This document shows, in pieces, positions 29,188-45,175 of a stretch of DNA of 64,000 bases. The notes beneath the pieces were generated by a model. The model searched no databases and was not told where the DNA came from. It was given only the letters and a program-made list of their open reading frames with translations. Both the position numbers and the translations under genes were made by a program. Source of the stretch: a virus; IMG/VR virus record IMGVR_UViG_3300042542_002916, positions 12,206 to 76,205 of that record. One strand, given 5' to 3'. How positions within the stretch are numbered: position 1 is the stretch's first letter; every line of letters starts with the position of its first letter.

Positions 29188-32100
29188 TTAGGACACAACT
29201 CCGATTTTGTAACGGACAACAACAATTCCTGAACCGCCAGAACCGCCATAGTTATTACTGCTGTAGTGAGAACCTCCACCACCACCAGAACCTGTGTTTT
29301 GTGCTGCGTCGCCACCTGGAACGTTTGTCTGAGAGTTAATGCTTCCGTATCCACCAGGGTTAGCAGTATTAATACCATCAACACCACGGTTATCAAAGTT
29401 GTTAGCAGCACCACCGCCACCGCCTCCGCGACCACCAGAGTTGTCTTGGTATGCGGAGTAGTTAGAACCACCACCACCAGCTGCCCAATAGAAGCTCGGG
29501 CCCAGAATAGTATTTAGTGTTCCAGCACCACCTCTAGGGGGATTGCTTTGACCAGCAGTAGCAGAACCACCACCACCAGCTGGGTACCAAAAACCTGAAC
29601 CAGTTCCACCGTCTTTACCTTGCGAAGCAGTTGCTGTACCACGACGGCCTCCACCATATTCACCGTCAGTAGATCTGTTGCTTTGAGCGTTTCCGCCACC
29701 ACCAGATGCACCACCACCAGAACCTACAGTCTGACCATTATTCAAACCACCAGCTGGGTTGTTACCACGGTCGTGGTTAGATGCACCACCACCACCACCA
29801 AACGCTACTAAGTTAGCGTTAGTTCCAATAAGTGAAGAGCTTGCACCTTCAAAACCTCGACGGTTACCAACACCTGAGTTGTTACCGCTACCACCAGCAC
29901 CTACCACTACTGCATAGTTTCCTGCTGCGGCTGTAAATGTGCCAGCTAGATAACCACCAGCTCCACCGCCGCCGCCCATATCTGAACCGCCGCTACCGCC
30001 TCCACCAATTACCATGTATTCAATGGTGTTGCTTCCTGTAGTTGCGTTACCAGCTACTGAAACTGCAAGAGTTGCTGATCCAACGCTTGTAAATCTGTGA
30101 ACAGCATAAATGTCGTTTCCTACTGTAAGGCTTGATACAGACCCTCCAGTTGCAACAGGGTAGTCACCGCTAGGACTTCCAGTAATTGCGTAACGAAGTA
30201 CAACAATTCCTGAACCACCAGCACCACCAGCACCAGTGTAGTGAGAACCTCCACCACCACCAGAACCTGTGTTTGCTCCTGCGTTACCACCAGCAACACT
30301 TGAGTTGGTGTTAATGTTACCGAAACCACCAGAAGTTGCTGCATTGATACCATCAAGACCAGGGTTGCTGAAGTTGTTATAAGCACCACCGCCACCGCCT
30401 CCGCGACCACCACGGTTGTCTTGGTATGCGGAGTAGTTAGCACCACCACCGCCAGCTGCCCAGAAATAGTTAACGCCTAAAATAGCATTTGCAGTTCCTA
30501 TACCACCTGTAGGTGGGTTGCTTCGACCAGCACCACCAGAACCGCCACCGCTACCTGGATACCATGTACCAGAACCAACTCCGCCGTCTGTACCCTGACC
30601 AGCAGTTCCTGTACCTCTACGGCTACCGCCATATGCACCATCTGGGCTGCGATTATCTTGTGCACCACCGCCACCACCTGATGAACCTCCACCAGAGGCA
30701 ACAGTTTGACCGTTGTTCACACCACCAGCTGGGTTGTTACCACGGTCGTGGTTAGATGCACCACCACCACCACCAAGGGCGGTTATGTTTACACCAGTTC
30801 CAATAAGTGAAGATACGTCACCTTCAAAACCTCGACGAGCAACTTGAGGTCCTGGCGCTCCTGCACCACCAGCACCTACGACTACTGCATAATCTCCTAC
30901 TGAAGGAGTAAATGTTCCAGCTCTATAGCCACCAGCTCCACCGCCGCCGCCCATATCTGAGCCACCGCCGCCTCCGCCACCTACTACTAGATACTCAACA
31001 CTTGATCCACTTGGGACAGATGAAACAGAAAAAGTAGAAGAACCAACAGCGGTAAATGCGTGTACTCTAAAGAATCTTCCTTCGCTATATGCATTTGGAA
31101 GAATTGTTCCACCAGTTGCAGTGATAGGGATAAAAGTAGCTTCATTGACTGTAAAATTGTGAGCATCGTAGACTGTTTCTACAAAATAAAACTTTTGGTC
31201 GTAGTTTGATACAAAATTACCACCAACAGAAGGAGCTGCATATTGAAGCATCTCGTTTTTAACAAAATTGGAATTTTTAACATGAAAAATGTCTTTATCT
31301 ATAGATACACCAATTTTTGTAAATGTTTGACTGCCAGAACCGCCAGATGGAGTCAAACTGGAAGCATCGGTAGGGAGGCCCTTCAACCTAATGTTATATA
31401 AATTTGGACCAGCTTCGGTAATTTGAGAAATAAAATATGTAGTGTTATTTGCTAAACTAGTTGCAGCAGCGCCTGAAGTTGAATAGCGAACCATCGCTCC
31501 AACGTAGTAATCAAGACCCGCTCCAGCGGTTACTTGAACTAAAATATCTGTAGCTGTAAAACCAAGAATAGTGCAGTTACCGTTTGGTGCTGTAGCACTA
31601 GCACCAGCTGCTCCAACATAACCTTGATTACCGCCATCAAATTCTAGAGGGGTTTCAAGTAGAACTGTAATAGGGATTTCTGTAACAGGGTTACGGTTGT
31701 TTCCAGCAAAAGTACGAGCTTGATTAGCTAATTGCATTGTTCCAGACATAGTGGAAACAATGTCAATTACATCTCCGTCTGGAGTTGCGCTTACTTGAAA
31801 AGTAGATACACCTGAAACATTGAGAGAGTTAGTTGTTTTTAGAAAAACAATTCCTCTAGGATTATCAAAGAAATACCCAGTCGATGCTGGAACTGTTAAA
31901 TTGTAATATAAAGGTGTTCCAAGAGGTTGATTAGCAAAATTTTCTGTTCCATGTGTAACAGCAATTGTGTCGTTTGTTGTATTTACTCCTGTAATTGTGC
32001 TTGTTGCACCGCCAACTACTCCGCTGTTGGACCAATCAATATTAAAAGTTGAAAGAGTGTTAGAACCATCAAAAGTCTGAGCTGTTGCAGAGTTAGATGA

Positions 32101-32763
32101 GTCAAAAGATTTAGCTGAAGTGTTTGAAGCTTCAAACTCCTGAGAAATTGTTGAGTTAAGGTTGAGGAAGTAGAACGGGGTATTAAGACCAAAACCGTGA
32201 GTAGAGTCTGTTTTTACAGTAAGGGTTGAGACTGGCTCTGCGTCTGTTGTAATACCTTCTGCATCTGCAATACGAATCTGAGAGCCCTGAAAGAATTCTC
32301 CAGTAATAATCGACGTGTAAAGGTCTTCAATAGCATTATTACCATTTTGCTCGTCTTTACATAGATATGTAAAGGTAGTCCCGTTAGGGATAGAGTTAAT
32401 AATGTAAGCACCGTCTGCGGTAACTGACTTAGTTCCAGTTACGTTAATTGGAATACCGACAGCTAAACCATGTTCTGTAGCTGTAACTACAGTGATTTCA
32501 CGAGTTCCAGTGTTCGTAGAGATAGATGTGATACCTGGAATTGTGGTATCACCGCTCTTAGAGAAGAACGAAGGGGTATTGTTAATAAGCTCAACGGTTT
32601 CCCACTTAGTAGGCTGTAGACCATACTCAAAGTCGGTATCAATTAAGTTTTCTGGCTGGGAAATACGGAGCTTGGTTACTGGATCAATAAACTCTTTTGG
32701 AAAACGAATCTCTCCGCCTGTGCCGCTAGAGCTGCTGCCGCCGCCACCTAAGAAACCTGGCAT
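29188..32763 (-). CDS. Virion structural protein (1191 aa) with two tandem Gly-rich domains
   Basis: N-terminal KLRISQPENLIDTDFEYGLQPTKWE; two copies of VH.FT.VGS...EY.V.GGGG.GG...GGSGIVV.RY. Confidence 0.8.
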   Translation of the reverse strand: MPGFLGGGGSSSSGTGGEIRFPKEFIDPVTKLRISQPENLIDTDFEYGLQPTKWETVELINNTPSFFSKSGDTTIPGITSISTNTGTREITVVTATEHGLAVGIPINVTGTKSVTADGAYIINSIPNGTTFTYLCKDEQNGNNAIEDLYTSIITGEFFQGSQIRIADAEGITTDAEPVSTLTVKTDSTHGFGLNTPFYFLNLNSTISQEFEASNTSAKSFDSSNSATAQTFDGSNTLSTFNIDWSNSGVVGGATSTITGVNTTNDTIAVTHGTENFANQPLGTPLYYNLTVPASTGYFFDNPRGIVFLKTTNSLNVSGVSTFQVSATPDGDVIDIVSTMSGTMQLANQARTFAGNNRNPVTEIPITVLLETPLEFDGGNQGYVGAAGASATAPNGNCTILGFTATDILVQVTAGAGLDYYVGAMVRYSTSGAAATSLANNTTYFISQITEAGPNLYNIRLKGLPTDASSLTPSGGSGSQTFTKIGVSIDKDIFHVKNSNFVKNEMLQYAAPSVGGNFVSNYDQKFYFVETVYDAHNFTVNEATFIPITATGGTILPNAYSEGRFFRVHAFTAVGSSTFSVSSVPSGSSVEYLVVGGGGGGGSDMGGGGGAGGYRAGTFTPSVGDYAVVVGAGGAGAPGPQVARRGFEGDVSSLIGTGVNITALGGGGGASNHDRGNNPAGGVNNGQTVASGGGSSGGGGGAQDNRSPDGAYGGSRRGTGTAGQGTDGGVGSGTWYPGSGGGSGGAGRSNPPTGGIGTANAILGVNYFWAAGGGGANYSAYQDNRGGRGGGGGGAYNNFSNPGLDGINAATSGGFGNINTNSSVAGGNAGANTGSGGGGGSHYTGAGGAGGSGIVVLRYAITGSPSGDYPVATGGSVSSLTVGNDIYAVHRFTSVGSATLAVSVAGNATTGSNTIEYMVIGGGGSGGSDMGGGGGAGGYLAGTFTAAAGNYAVVVGAGGSGNNSGVGNRRGFEGASSSLIGTNANLVAFGGGGGASNHDRGNNPAGGLNNGQTVGSGGGASGGGGNAQSNRSTDGEYGGGRRGTATASQGKDGGTGSGFWYPAGGGGSATAGQSNPPRGGAGTLNTILGPSFYWAAGGGGSNYSAYQDNSGGRGGGGGGAANNFDNRGVDGINTANPGGYGSINSQTNVPGGDAAQNTGSGGGGGSHYSSNNYGGSGGSGIVVVRYKIGVVS

Positions 32764-32847
32764 TAGTTACTACCTCTCTCGGGAGCTAAAAGATTTGTTA
32801 ATAGAATAACAGTCTTTGTACATAATGATTTTGTAAGATTCATATAA

Positions 32848-33498
32848 TTATACACCCATCCACCACGACATAGATGTTGAAAATGAACCTTGAGGGCCAG
32901 TTGGTCCTGCAGATCCAGTTGAACCACCCTGTGTTTCAATAAATACACCATTACTATAAACATATGTTTTTGCAGTAGATGTGTTAAACCAAGCATCACC
33001 GTTTACAGCATCTTCAATATCTGGTTGCACTGCTGATGCAGTGAATTTACCTACAGGACCTGTAGGACCCGTTGGTCCCGGAACCTCAGACTGTGCACCA
33101 ACTGGACCCGTTGGTCCTGTTTGTCCACGAGGACCAGTAGGTCCTTGCGGTCCAGTTACGTTTGAGTCAGCACCTGTTGGACCAGTAAAACCACGAACAC
33201 CTTGTGCACCAGTAGATCCTTGTGGACCAGTAATACCTTGAGGACCTGTTGGGCCCGTTACACCTTGTGGACCAGCAACAGTCGAATCAGGACCAGTTGG
33301 ACCTTGAATACCTTGAGGACCTGTAGCACCAACGCCACCTGTAGGTCCTGTTACACCCTGAATACCTTGAGGACCAGTTGGACCAGTTGGGGTTACACGA
33401 AGAACCTCCCAAACTGCCCCGGTCCATACCCAGGTGTTACCGCCACCAGTAAACTGTTCGCCTACTGCTGCTGGTGTTGGAAAATCAATCGCTGCCAC
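32848..33498 (-). CDS. Short collagen-like virion protein
   Basis: MAAIDFP...W.W.G..W N-terminus; GPT/GPQ triplets; [14 protein letters not shown] module. Confidence 0.85.
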   Translation of the reverse strand: MAAIDFPTPAAVGEQFTGGGNTWVWTGAVWEVLRVTPTGPTGPQGIQGVTGPTGGVGATGPQGIQGPTGPDSTVAGPQGVTGPTGPQGITGPQGSTGAQGVRGFTGPTGADSNVTGPQGPTGPRGQTGPTGPVGAQSEVPGPTGPTGPVGKFTASAVQPDIEDAVNGDAWFNTSTAKTYVYSNGVFIETQGGSTGSAGPTGPQGSFSTSMSWWMGV

Positions 33499-33547
33499 TA
33501 TGGTCCGTCCTTTCTCTGCTCAAATTACTATTCTACGTTATTAATGC

Positions 33548-33715
33548 TTATTCAATATATGGTTCTATAATTCCAACATTTTTTGCATTTACATATGATG
33601 TTGCCCAATTTATTGCTGCTGTCAAAGACTCCCAAGGACCGCATTCGTCGATAATGGTGTCTCCTTGAAGAATCTGAACCAATGGTCCATCTTCTATGAT
33701 GATATAAGTAAACAT
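33548..33715 (-). CDS. Small hypothetical protein (55 aa; not in ORF track), possible fibre assembly factor
   Basis: AGGAG RBS then MFTYIIIEDGPLVQILQGDTIIDECGPWESLTAAINWATSYVNAKNVGIIEPYIE. Confidence 0.65.
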   Translation of the reverse strand: MFTYIIIEDGPLVQILQGDTIIDECGPWESLTAAINWATSYVNAKNVGIIEPYIE

Positions 33716-33723
33716 TTCAGCTC

Positions 33724-34638
33724 CTAAACCGCGTACGCAATCTTGCCAGAGTTTCCTACAGCAAGTCCTAGAACTGTAGTCACATACAGACCATTGATAT
33801 TACTCAAACCAAAACTTGACACCCTTTGAGCCCAGTTGACTCCATCAAAAGAAGTTCCAAGTTTTCCAGAAGCTCCTGCTGCAACGTAAGTATCTGCAGT
33901 CACATCAACTGTTCTCACCGCAGAGGCTCCAAATGAACTTGCTGGGAATGATTGAGTCCAAGCAGTTCCAGTTGCTGAAGTAGCAATCTTTCCAGAATCT
34001 CCTACAGCCACAAATTGACTTCCAGCTGGATTTGAAGAGACCGCGTAGATAATGCTTGTAATAAAAGAAGAGCTTCTTTGAGTCCAAGCAACACCATTTG
34101 TTGATGTAGCCAATTTTCCATCATACCCAACTGCAACAATAAGACTGTTGGTTGCGTAGACACCATTAATAAAAGAAGTTCCAAACGAGGAGGTTCGTAG
34201 TGTCCAAGTAACACCGTCTACTGAGGTAGCAAGTTTTCCTGAACCTCCAACTGCAACCCACAGCGAGGCAGAGGGAGCATAAGTAACTCCCAAAATTGTG
34301 CTTGCTCCAAAAGCAGAAGCTCTCATAGTCCAGTTAATTCCGTCAGGAGATGTAGCTAATTTTCCTGAACTTCCAGCAATTACATATCGACTATCGCCAT
34401 ATGCAACTGCATAGATATTGCTCCCAGAAAACTGAGAATCTCTTTGAGTCCAAGTATTAATATCTGTAGAAGTAGCTAATTTTCCAGAGCTACCAACTGC
34501 TACAAACTGCCCAGCGCCACTAGATGCAACTGCATTGATGTTTGTTGTCCCAAATGAAGAGTTAGCAACTTGTTGCCATGCAACAGGAACAAACGGAACA
34601 GTAAGGGTTGCATGCATAGCATGCGTGGCAATTAACAT
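33724..34638 (-). CDS. Beta-propeller (BNR/Asp-box, Ycf48-like) virion tip protein
   Basis: About seven ~42-aa repeats of VAVG.SGKLATS.DG..WTQR.SSFG. Confidence 0.8.
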   Translation of the reverse strand: MLIATHAMHATLTVPFVPVAWQQVANSSFGTTNINAVASSGAGQFVAVGSSGKLATSTDINTWTQRDSQFSGSNIYAVAYGDSRYVIAGSSGKLATSPDGINWTMRASAFGASTILGVTYAPSASLWVAVGGSGKLATSVDGVTWTLRTSSFGTSFINGVYATNSLIVAVGYDGKLATSTNGVAWTQRSSSFITSIIYAVSSNPAGSQFVAVGDSGKIATSATGTAWTQSFPASSFGASAVRTVDVTADTYVAAGASGKLGTSFDGVNWAQRVSSFGLSNINGLYVTTVLGLAVGNSGKIAYAV

Positions 34639-34640
34639 AA

Positions 34641-36545
34641 CTACACCGACAAGTTTCCGCTAAGTAGCCATGAGTTGTTTCCAAGCTTAATTAAGGAAGC
34701 AACCGCATAACGTGCCTTAGTTGTATATCGAGAACCTTCAGAAAGAACGTTAACTCCTGAGGCCCCAGTGATTGTTACTAATCCAATACCCAACTGAGTT
34801 AAAACAATTTGAGTTCCAACATCGAATGTATAGCCATCTGTCCCATCAAGAGGAACTGTCACAACGGTGGCACTAGAACTGTTGACTTTTACAATTGTTG
34901 CTTTATCACCAGCAGTAAGAGTAATTGAGTTTAGATACTGAGCTCCAGTAAGGTTAAAGAACGCTGGACCTGTTGGACCAGCAGGACCAGTTACGCTAGG
35001 CCCAGTAATACCTTGTGGCCCAGTAATACCTTGTTCACCTTGTGGTCCAGTAATACCTTGAATACCTTGTGGTCCAGTAATACCTTGAATACCTTGTGCA
35101 CCTTGTGGGCCAGTAGGACCAACAATTGGACCAGCGTTTACCCATGTAGAACCATTCCACACATAAAGGCTTCCGTTGGCAGTAACAATCCAAGCATCGT
35201 TTACAGCATTTCCAACTGATGGAAGATTTCCTACAGCAGCAACGCTTCCTTTAACAGTAATAGATGTTCCTTGTGCACCTTGTGGACCTGTTGGTCCAAT
35301 AGAGCCAGACCCAAGAACAAAGTTCCAAGAAGCGTAAGTATTACCATCACCATTGATAGCATCAACTGTCATTGTTACAGCTGTAACATTGATAAAAGTA
35401 ATAATGCCTTCCATATAGTTAGATGGAAAAGCAGAGCTTGCAAGACGAGCTCTTGTGCCTACTGCAAATGCATCAATTTTATTAACTGTAAAGTTTTTAC
35501 TTCCAAGACCAATTGTTACGGTTGAAGTAGAAGTAACTCCAGCAAAACTTGCACCAGAAGCACCTGTTGGGCCTGTAGCACCTTGAGCGCCTTGTGCACC
35601 AGTTGGTCCAATTGGTCCTTGAGGACCAGTTACTGTTGACGCAGCACCTGTCGCTCCAGTTGCACCTTGTGCACCAGTAGGACCTGCAATTGTTGAAGCA
35701 GCACCTGTTGCACCTGTAGCACCAGCTTCACCACGAAGACCTTGTGGACCAGTAATACCTTGAACACCTGTTGCACCAGTTGCACCTGTTGGTCCAGTTG
35801 GTCCACCAGATGGACCAGTCGGCCCAGTTACACCAGTAGGGCCAGTTACAGATGGACCAGTTGCACCTGTTGCTCCGTTAGGACCAGTCGCGCCAGCAAA
35901 ACCACGAGGACCAGTAGGACCAGTAGGACCAGCATTACCTTGAGCTCCTGTTGCACCAGTTGGGCCTTCAGATCCAGTTGGACCAGTACCACCTAATGGA
36001 CCTGTTGCACCAGTTGGACCGCGTGCTCCTTCAGAACCTGTTGCGCCAACTGCACCAGTTGGACCATAAGGACCAGTTGGGCCAGCTACATATAAACCTT
36101 GTGCTCCAGTTGCACCAGTGAGACCACGAGGTCCAGTTGCTCCCGTTGGGCCTGTCGCTCCCGTAGGACCTGTGACAGTTGAAGCTGCACCCTGTGCACC
36201 CGTTGCACCCGTTGGACCAGCAGGTCCAATGTTGCTTGATGCAGACTCAACCCAGTAAGAATCAAAGTAAACATAAACACGACCAGTTGAAGAGTTAAAC
36301 CATGCGTCTCCTGTTACAGGAGTTGGACTTACAGGTGGTGAATCAGCAGCTACTGTAAAACGACCTGTTGGTCCAGTAGGACCTGCAACGCTTGAAGCGC
36401 TACCCTGTGGACCTGTAGGACCAGTAGCACCTACAACTGAAGAAATAACTAAGTTCCACGCTGTACCAGTCCAGATCCAAGTTTGAGATCCTGAGGTAAA
36501 CGTACTATTTAAACTCGGTGAGTTTGGAAAATCAATAGCAGCCAT
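34641..36545 (-). CDS. Collagen-like virion fibre with C-terminal adaptor domain
   Basis: MAAIDFP N-terminus; long Gly-X-Y tracts; C-terminus ITLTAGDKA...WLLSGNL paralogous to 19867..21147. Confidence 0.85.
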   Translation of the reverse strand: MAAIDFPNSPSLNSTFTSGSQTWIWTGTAWNLVISSVVGATGPTGPQGSASSVAGPTGPTGRFTVAADSPPVSPTPVTGDAWFNSSTGRVYVYFDSYWVESASSNIGPAGPTGATGAQGAASTVTGPTGATGPTGATGPRGLTGATGAQGLYVAGPTGPYGPTGAVGATGSEGARGPTGATGPLGGTGPTGSEGPTGATGAQGNAGPTGPTGPRGFAGATGPNGATGATGPSVTGPTGVTGPTGPSGGPTGPTGATGATGVQGITGPQGLRGEAGATGATGAASTIAGPTGAQGATGATGAASTVTGPQGPIGPTGAQGAQGATGPTGASGASFAGVTSTSTVTIGLGSKNFTVNKIDAFAVGTRARLASSAFPSNYMEGIITFINVTAVTMTVDAINGDGNTYASWNFVLGSGSIGPTGPQGAQGTSITVKGSVAAVGNLPSVGNAVNDAWIVTANGSLYVWNGSTWVNAGPIVGPTGPQGAQGIQGITGPQGIQGITGPQGEQGITGPQGITGPSVTGPAGPTGPAFFNLTGAQYLNSITLTAGDKATIVKVNSSSATVVTVPLDGTDGYTFDVGTQIVLTQLGIGLVTITGASGVNVLSEGSRYTTKARYAVASLIKLGNNSWLLSGNLSV

Positions 36546-36554
36546 TTTTTACTC

Positions 36555-37250
36555 CTAACCCAAAACCGACTCGTAGGTGAATTGAATTAGAATTTTGTCG
36601 TTTGCAGAAAACAAGAAAGGAGTACTTTCTGTTACAGCAACACCTTCATCATATGTTGCACTCTGAGAGTGTATATAAAGCTCAATTCTGGTGTTGACGT
36701 TGTTATTAAAAATTGCTGTACCAAAGTAAGTGATACCTGGTCCTTCGTCGCGCATAACAACTTGACCTACTGGCTGATAATTTTCAATAACTCCAGCAGC
36801 AGGAAGACTTACTGTATAAGTACCTAAACCACGGTTAAATCCAGCGGTTCCAGCAATAATACGAATTTCACCCATAATAGTTGCACCAAGATTTACATAA
36901 CGACCAGTGATACTTCCATTACCAAGTGTTGGGTTTGTTGTGCTTCCATAAAGAACTGGTGTGTATGTAGTCCATGGAGTAAGTGCAAAACTACCTGTTG
37001 GACCTGTTGCTCCCGCTGGTCCCGTTACTGTGCTAGCTGCACCTGTAGGTCCAGTCGGTCCCGCGCCACCTGTAGGACCTGTTGGTCCAATCGCAGTTGA
37101 GTTAGTTCCTGCAGGTCCTGTAGGGCCTGTTGGTCCAACTGCACTGGTACGAACTAGACGCCAAGAAGAGCCGTTCCAACGATATGTATTAATACCGTTT
37201 GTGTATACATCATTGAGCGATGGGCTTGGTGGAAAATCGATTGCTGGCAT
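36555..37250 (-). CDS. Short collagen-like virion protein with C-terminal globular domain
   Basis: MPAIDFP N-terminus; GPT triplets; WTTYTPVL...NPTLGNGSITGRY domain. Confidence 0.85.
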   Translation of the reverse strand: MPAIDFPPSPSLNDVYTNGINTYRWNGSSWRLVRTSAVGPTGPTGPAGTNSTAIGPTGPTGGAGPTGPTGAASTVTGPAGATGPTGSFALTPWTTYTPVLYGSTTNPTLGNGSITGRYVNLGATIMGEIRIIAGTAGFNRGLGTYTVSLPAAGVIENYQPVGQVVMRDEGPGITYFGTAIFNNNVNTRIELYIHSQSATYDEGVAVTESTPFLFSANDKILIQFTYESVLG

Positions 37251-37267
37251 TGTTATCTACCCCTTTC

Positions 37268-42793
<5,526 letters not shown>

Positions 42794-42889
42794 TCCAGGT
42801 CTAAGTGGCGTTTATATGAAGACTGCACAGGTAACAGACTTCTCGACCGTTTATATTCTACGCGGTTTTTGGAAGGGCTAATCTGAAAC

Positions 42890-44095
42890 TTACGCCTTGC
42901 GAGTCCCCGAAATGATACTTATATCCTTCCGAGGGTCGTAATCAGCACCTATAACCATAGTCAAAATCCCCGGTGGTGATTCCAAACCATGCCTATCCCG
43001 AAACCATGCAGAACCGGGATCAGTTGTAGGTGCTTGAACCCAAAACCGACCACCTATGTCCATGCTTTTAAATGAGTGATAATGGCCCGAAATCCATACA
43101 TCACACATTCCTAATGCTGTTTGACCTGCTGATTGCTCAGACAGGTATTTCATAACGTTTGTGCCAGTTTGATGACCGTGAAACAGTCCAAGCATTGTTC
43201 CACAAATATCAATTGCAAGTGTTTGATGTTGCTTATCTGGGAAACGAAATTCTACATGCCCTAATACATCATTCTCAGCGCATGCATCTTGCACTGCAGA
43301 TGCTATTTCTACGTTCCAACCGTCTGAAGGATCCGCAGAAACCTGCCGTGTAACCTCATCGTGGTTACCATTAACTACAGGAACAATAATCCTGTCAGCT
43401 AGTGGAGCAAATGCTTTTATTTGCGCCATTAATAGCCTTCTAGCGACACGAGTCTGCTCTGTAAGCCCTAAATCTGAGGATGCAAGCCCTTGAAGTTTTC
43501 CATTTTGACTTACATTGCCTTCAACATGGTCACCTGGAAGAGGAATTACTATCGTGCCAATACTTCTTCCTATTTTTCTTAGTTCTTTAAGTCGCCAGAC
43601 TGCTTGTTCAGTTATTTCAAGCAACCTACGAACAGTGTCTGCGCTACCTTCATCTCCCTGCTTTTTACCAATTTGTTGGTCGCTGGGGGCAAATACGAAC
43701 GCCAGTTCGCCAGATACTTTTTTATCTGTCTTGGATGGTCTCCACTTGGATACCTCTTCCATAAGCTGGTCTAGGTCTTTATCAGCTATTTTTCCCTTAG
43801 AAATAGGTGTAATAGTGATTCTTTGAGCTTCTAACCACTCTCCAGAGTAGGTTTGCCACTGGGATTTACGAACATTGGTCACAGACCAAGACATTGGGTC
43901 AAGCTTAAAATCAAGAAGGATTTCGCGAGCATCTGGCATCTCCCCAGCTGGGCGAGGGGTTGAGATGAGGTATCCACCCTCTTCATCAACCTCCATACGA
44001 GGTCTCCACGATTCGGGCGTGTTTGTTGCCCGAGTATCAGAGCCGCTAGGTCCCGGTGATACTAAAGCTGCTAGCTTCTCTGTTAGCTCTGACAT
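42890..44095 (-). CDS. Calcineurin-like metallophosphoesterase (Mre11-like)
   Basis: SDQQIGK, GDHVEG, NGNHD, FHGH, GHYH. Start reassigned to MSELTEK, which has a TAATG overlap with the upstream gene. Confidence 0.85.
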   Translation of the reverse strand: MSELTEKLAALVSPGPSGSDTRATNTPESWRPRMEVDEEGGYLISTPRPAGEMPDAREILLDFKLDPMSWSVTNVRKSQWQTYSGEWLEAQRITITPISKGKIADKDLDQLMEEVSKWRPSKTDKKVSGELAFVFAPSDQQIGKKQGDEGSADTVRRLLEITEQAVWRLKELRKIGRSIGTIVIPLPGDHVEGNVSQNGKLQGLASSDLGLTEQTRVARRLLMAQIKAFAPLADRIIVPVVNGNHDEVTRQVSADPSDGWNVEIASAVQDACAENDVLGHVEFRFPDKQHQTLAIDICGTMLGLFHGHQTGTNVMKYLSEQSAGQTALGMCDVWISGHYHSFKSMDIGGRFWVQAPTTDPGSAWFRDRHGLESPPGILTMVIGADYDPRKDISIISGTRKA

Positions 44096-44388
44096 TAAGA
44101 ATCCTTGCGAGCGTTCTCTAAACGAATCTTGCTGTTCTTCCCAACAAAGCATCTGCACTGTTGTCGCCTGTGGAGATTGATTGAGGCAAAGGCAATATCA
44201 AAACCTTCCCCTAAAAGAATCTCGTGGATTTGACGATTTGAGATCGTGCCAGATTTAGACCGTGTAGAAAACACGATTTGTAAAGCTTCTTTGTCGTCTC
44301 CCTGTAAATCATCAAGGAGTTTCCCTACTCCGCAGGGTAGTCCCGGTTCAGAACGTGTGGCTTCTTTTAATTTATCTGCAAGGCCCAA
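44095..44388 (-). CDS. Small putative DNA-binding protein (HTH/Zn)
   Basis: C...ISNRQIHEIL...SINLHRRQQCRC; coupled to the phosphoesterase. Confidence 0.65.
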   Translation of the reverse strand: MGLADKLKEATRSEPGLPCGVGKLLDDLQGDDKEALQIVFSTRSKSGTISNRQIHEILLGEGFDIAFASINLHRRQQCRCFVGKNSKIRLENARKDS

Positions 44389-44577
44389 GTTATTCTCCAG
44401 TTCTCATAGGCTGAGACTAACACCAAATCTGTTTATAAGATTTACTGTTACCCCACGAGTAACTCTAACACTAAAATGTGTCAGTGTGAAGCATTACTAG
44501 AGAGTTGCGTGTCGGAAAATAAAGACACAAAAAAGTGCTTGAAAATTCTATTTTATTGTAAGTTTTATGATGAAAAC

Positions 44578-44985
44578 TTAAGATGCTTTTTTAGAGCGGG
44601 ACCGAGCTGGCTTTGGGTCCGAAGGTGCGGTGTCTGGGATTATGACCGCTTGGGATAGGACTTTGATAATCAAATCCTTCGTTTCGTCATTCTGTTTTTC
44701 TATCCTGCACATCTGGGCTTCAAGCTGATTTGTCTTTCTAGCCACATCCGCTAGGCTAAGCCCACCATTTGCTGCAGGATGTATTGGAGCAGTTGCTTCA
44801 GTTATCTCTTCACGGATGATGGTGCGAAGTAGTTTCATCCAAACCTTACTAACAGTAAATAGCATTCCACAAGCTAAGGCAATCAAACCCAAGATGGCTG
44901 AGACATCTCCGACATCTAAAGAGTTTGGGGTGCCAGGCTCCCACCATGAGCCAGCATCGGCAGCTAGTAGAGTAAGATTGTACAA
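44578..44985 (-). CDS. Single-pass membrane protein with coiled coil (holin-like candidate)
   Basis: One TM segment, then NGGLSLADV and a coiled coil. Confidence 0.55.
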   Translation of the reverse strand: MYNLTLLAADAGSWWEPGTPNSLDVGDVSAILGLIALACGMLFTVSKVWMKLLRTIIREEITEATAPIHPAANGGLSLADVARKTNQLEAQMCRIEKQNDETKDLIIKVLSQAVIIPDTAPSDPKPARSRSKKAS

Positions 44986-45175
44986 GGATAGTTCCTATCA
45001 AAAGATGGTTGAACTTGACGACAAGTGTTATTAGTTTATATTAGATTACTAACGCCGATTTCTATACAAACGACGCGAGTGGCTGTATAGTCGTTCTACC
45101 AAATAAAAGTTTGAACTGCTTGACTCTCTAGGTGAATGTTGAGTAGCTTTCCTATCTATCTTCAAGGAGGGTTCT

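Noticed and set aside
29200-31120. Duplicated Gly-rich tracts as a DGR template/variable repeat pair
   Set aside because: No reverse transcriptase in the window, both copies are in-frame coding, and differences are not confined to adenines.
44501-44520. Reverse-strand ATTTTCCGAC resembling the start of repeat copy 5
   Set aside because: Lacks the second TCCGYTA half; a 10-bp match could be chance.
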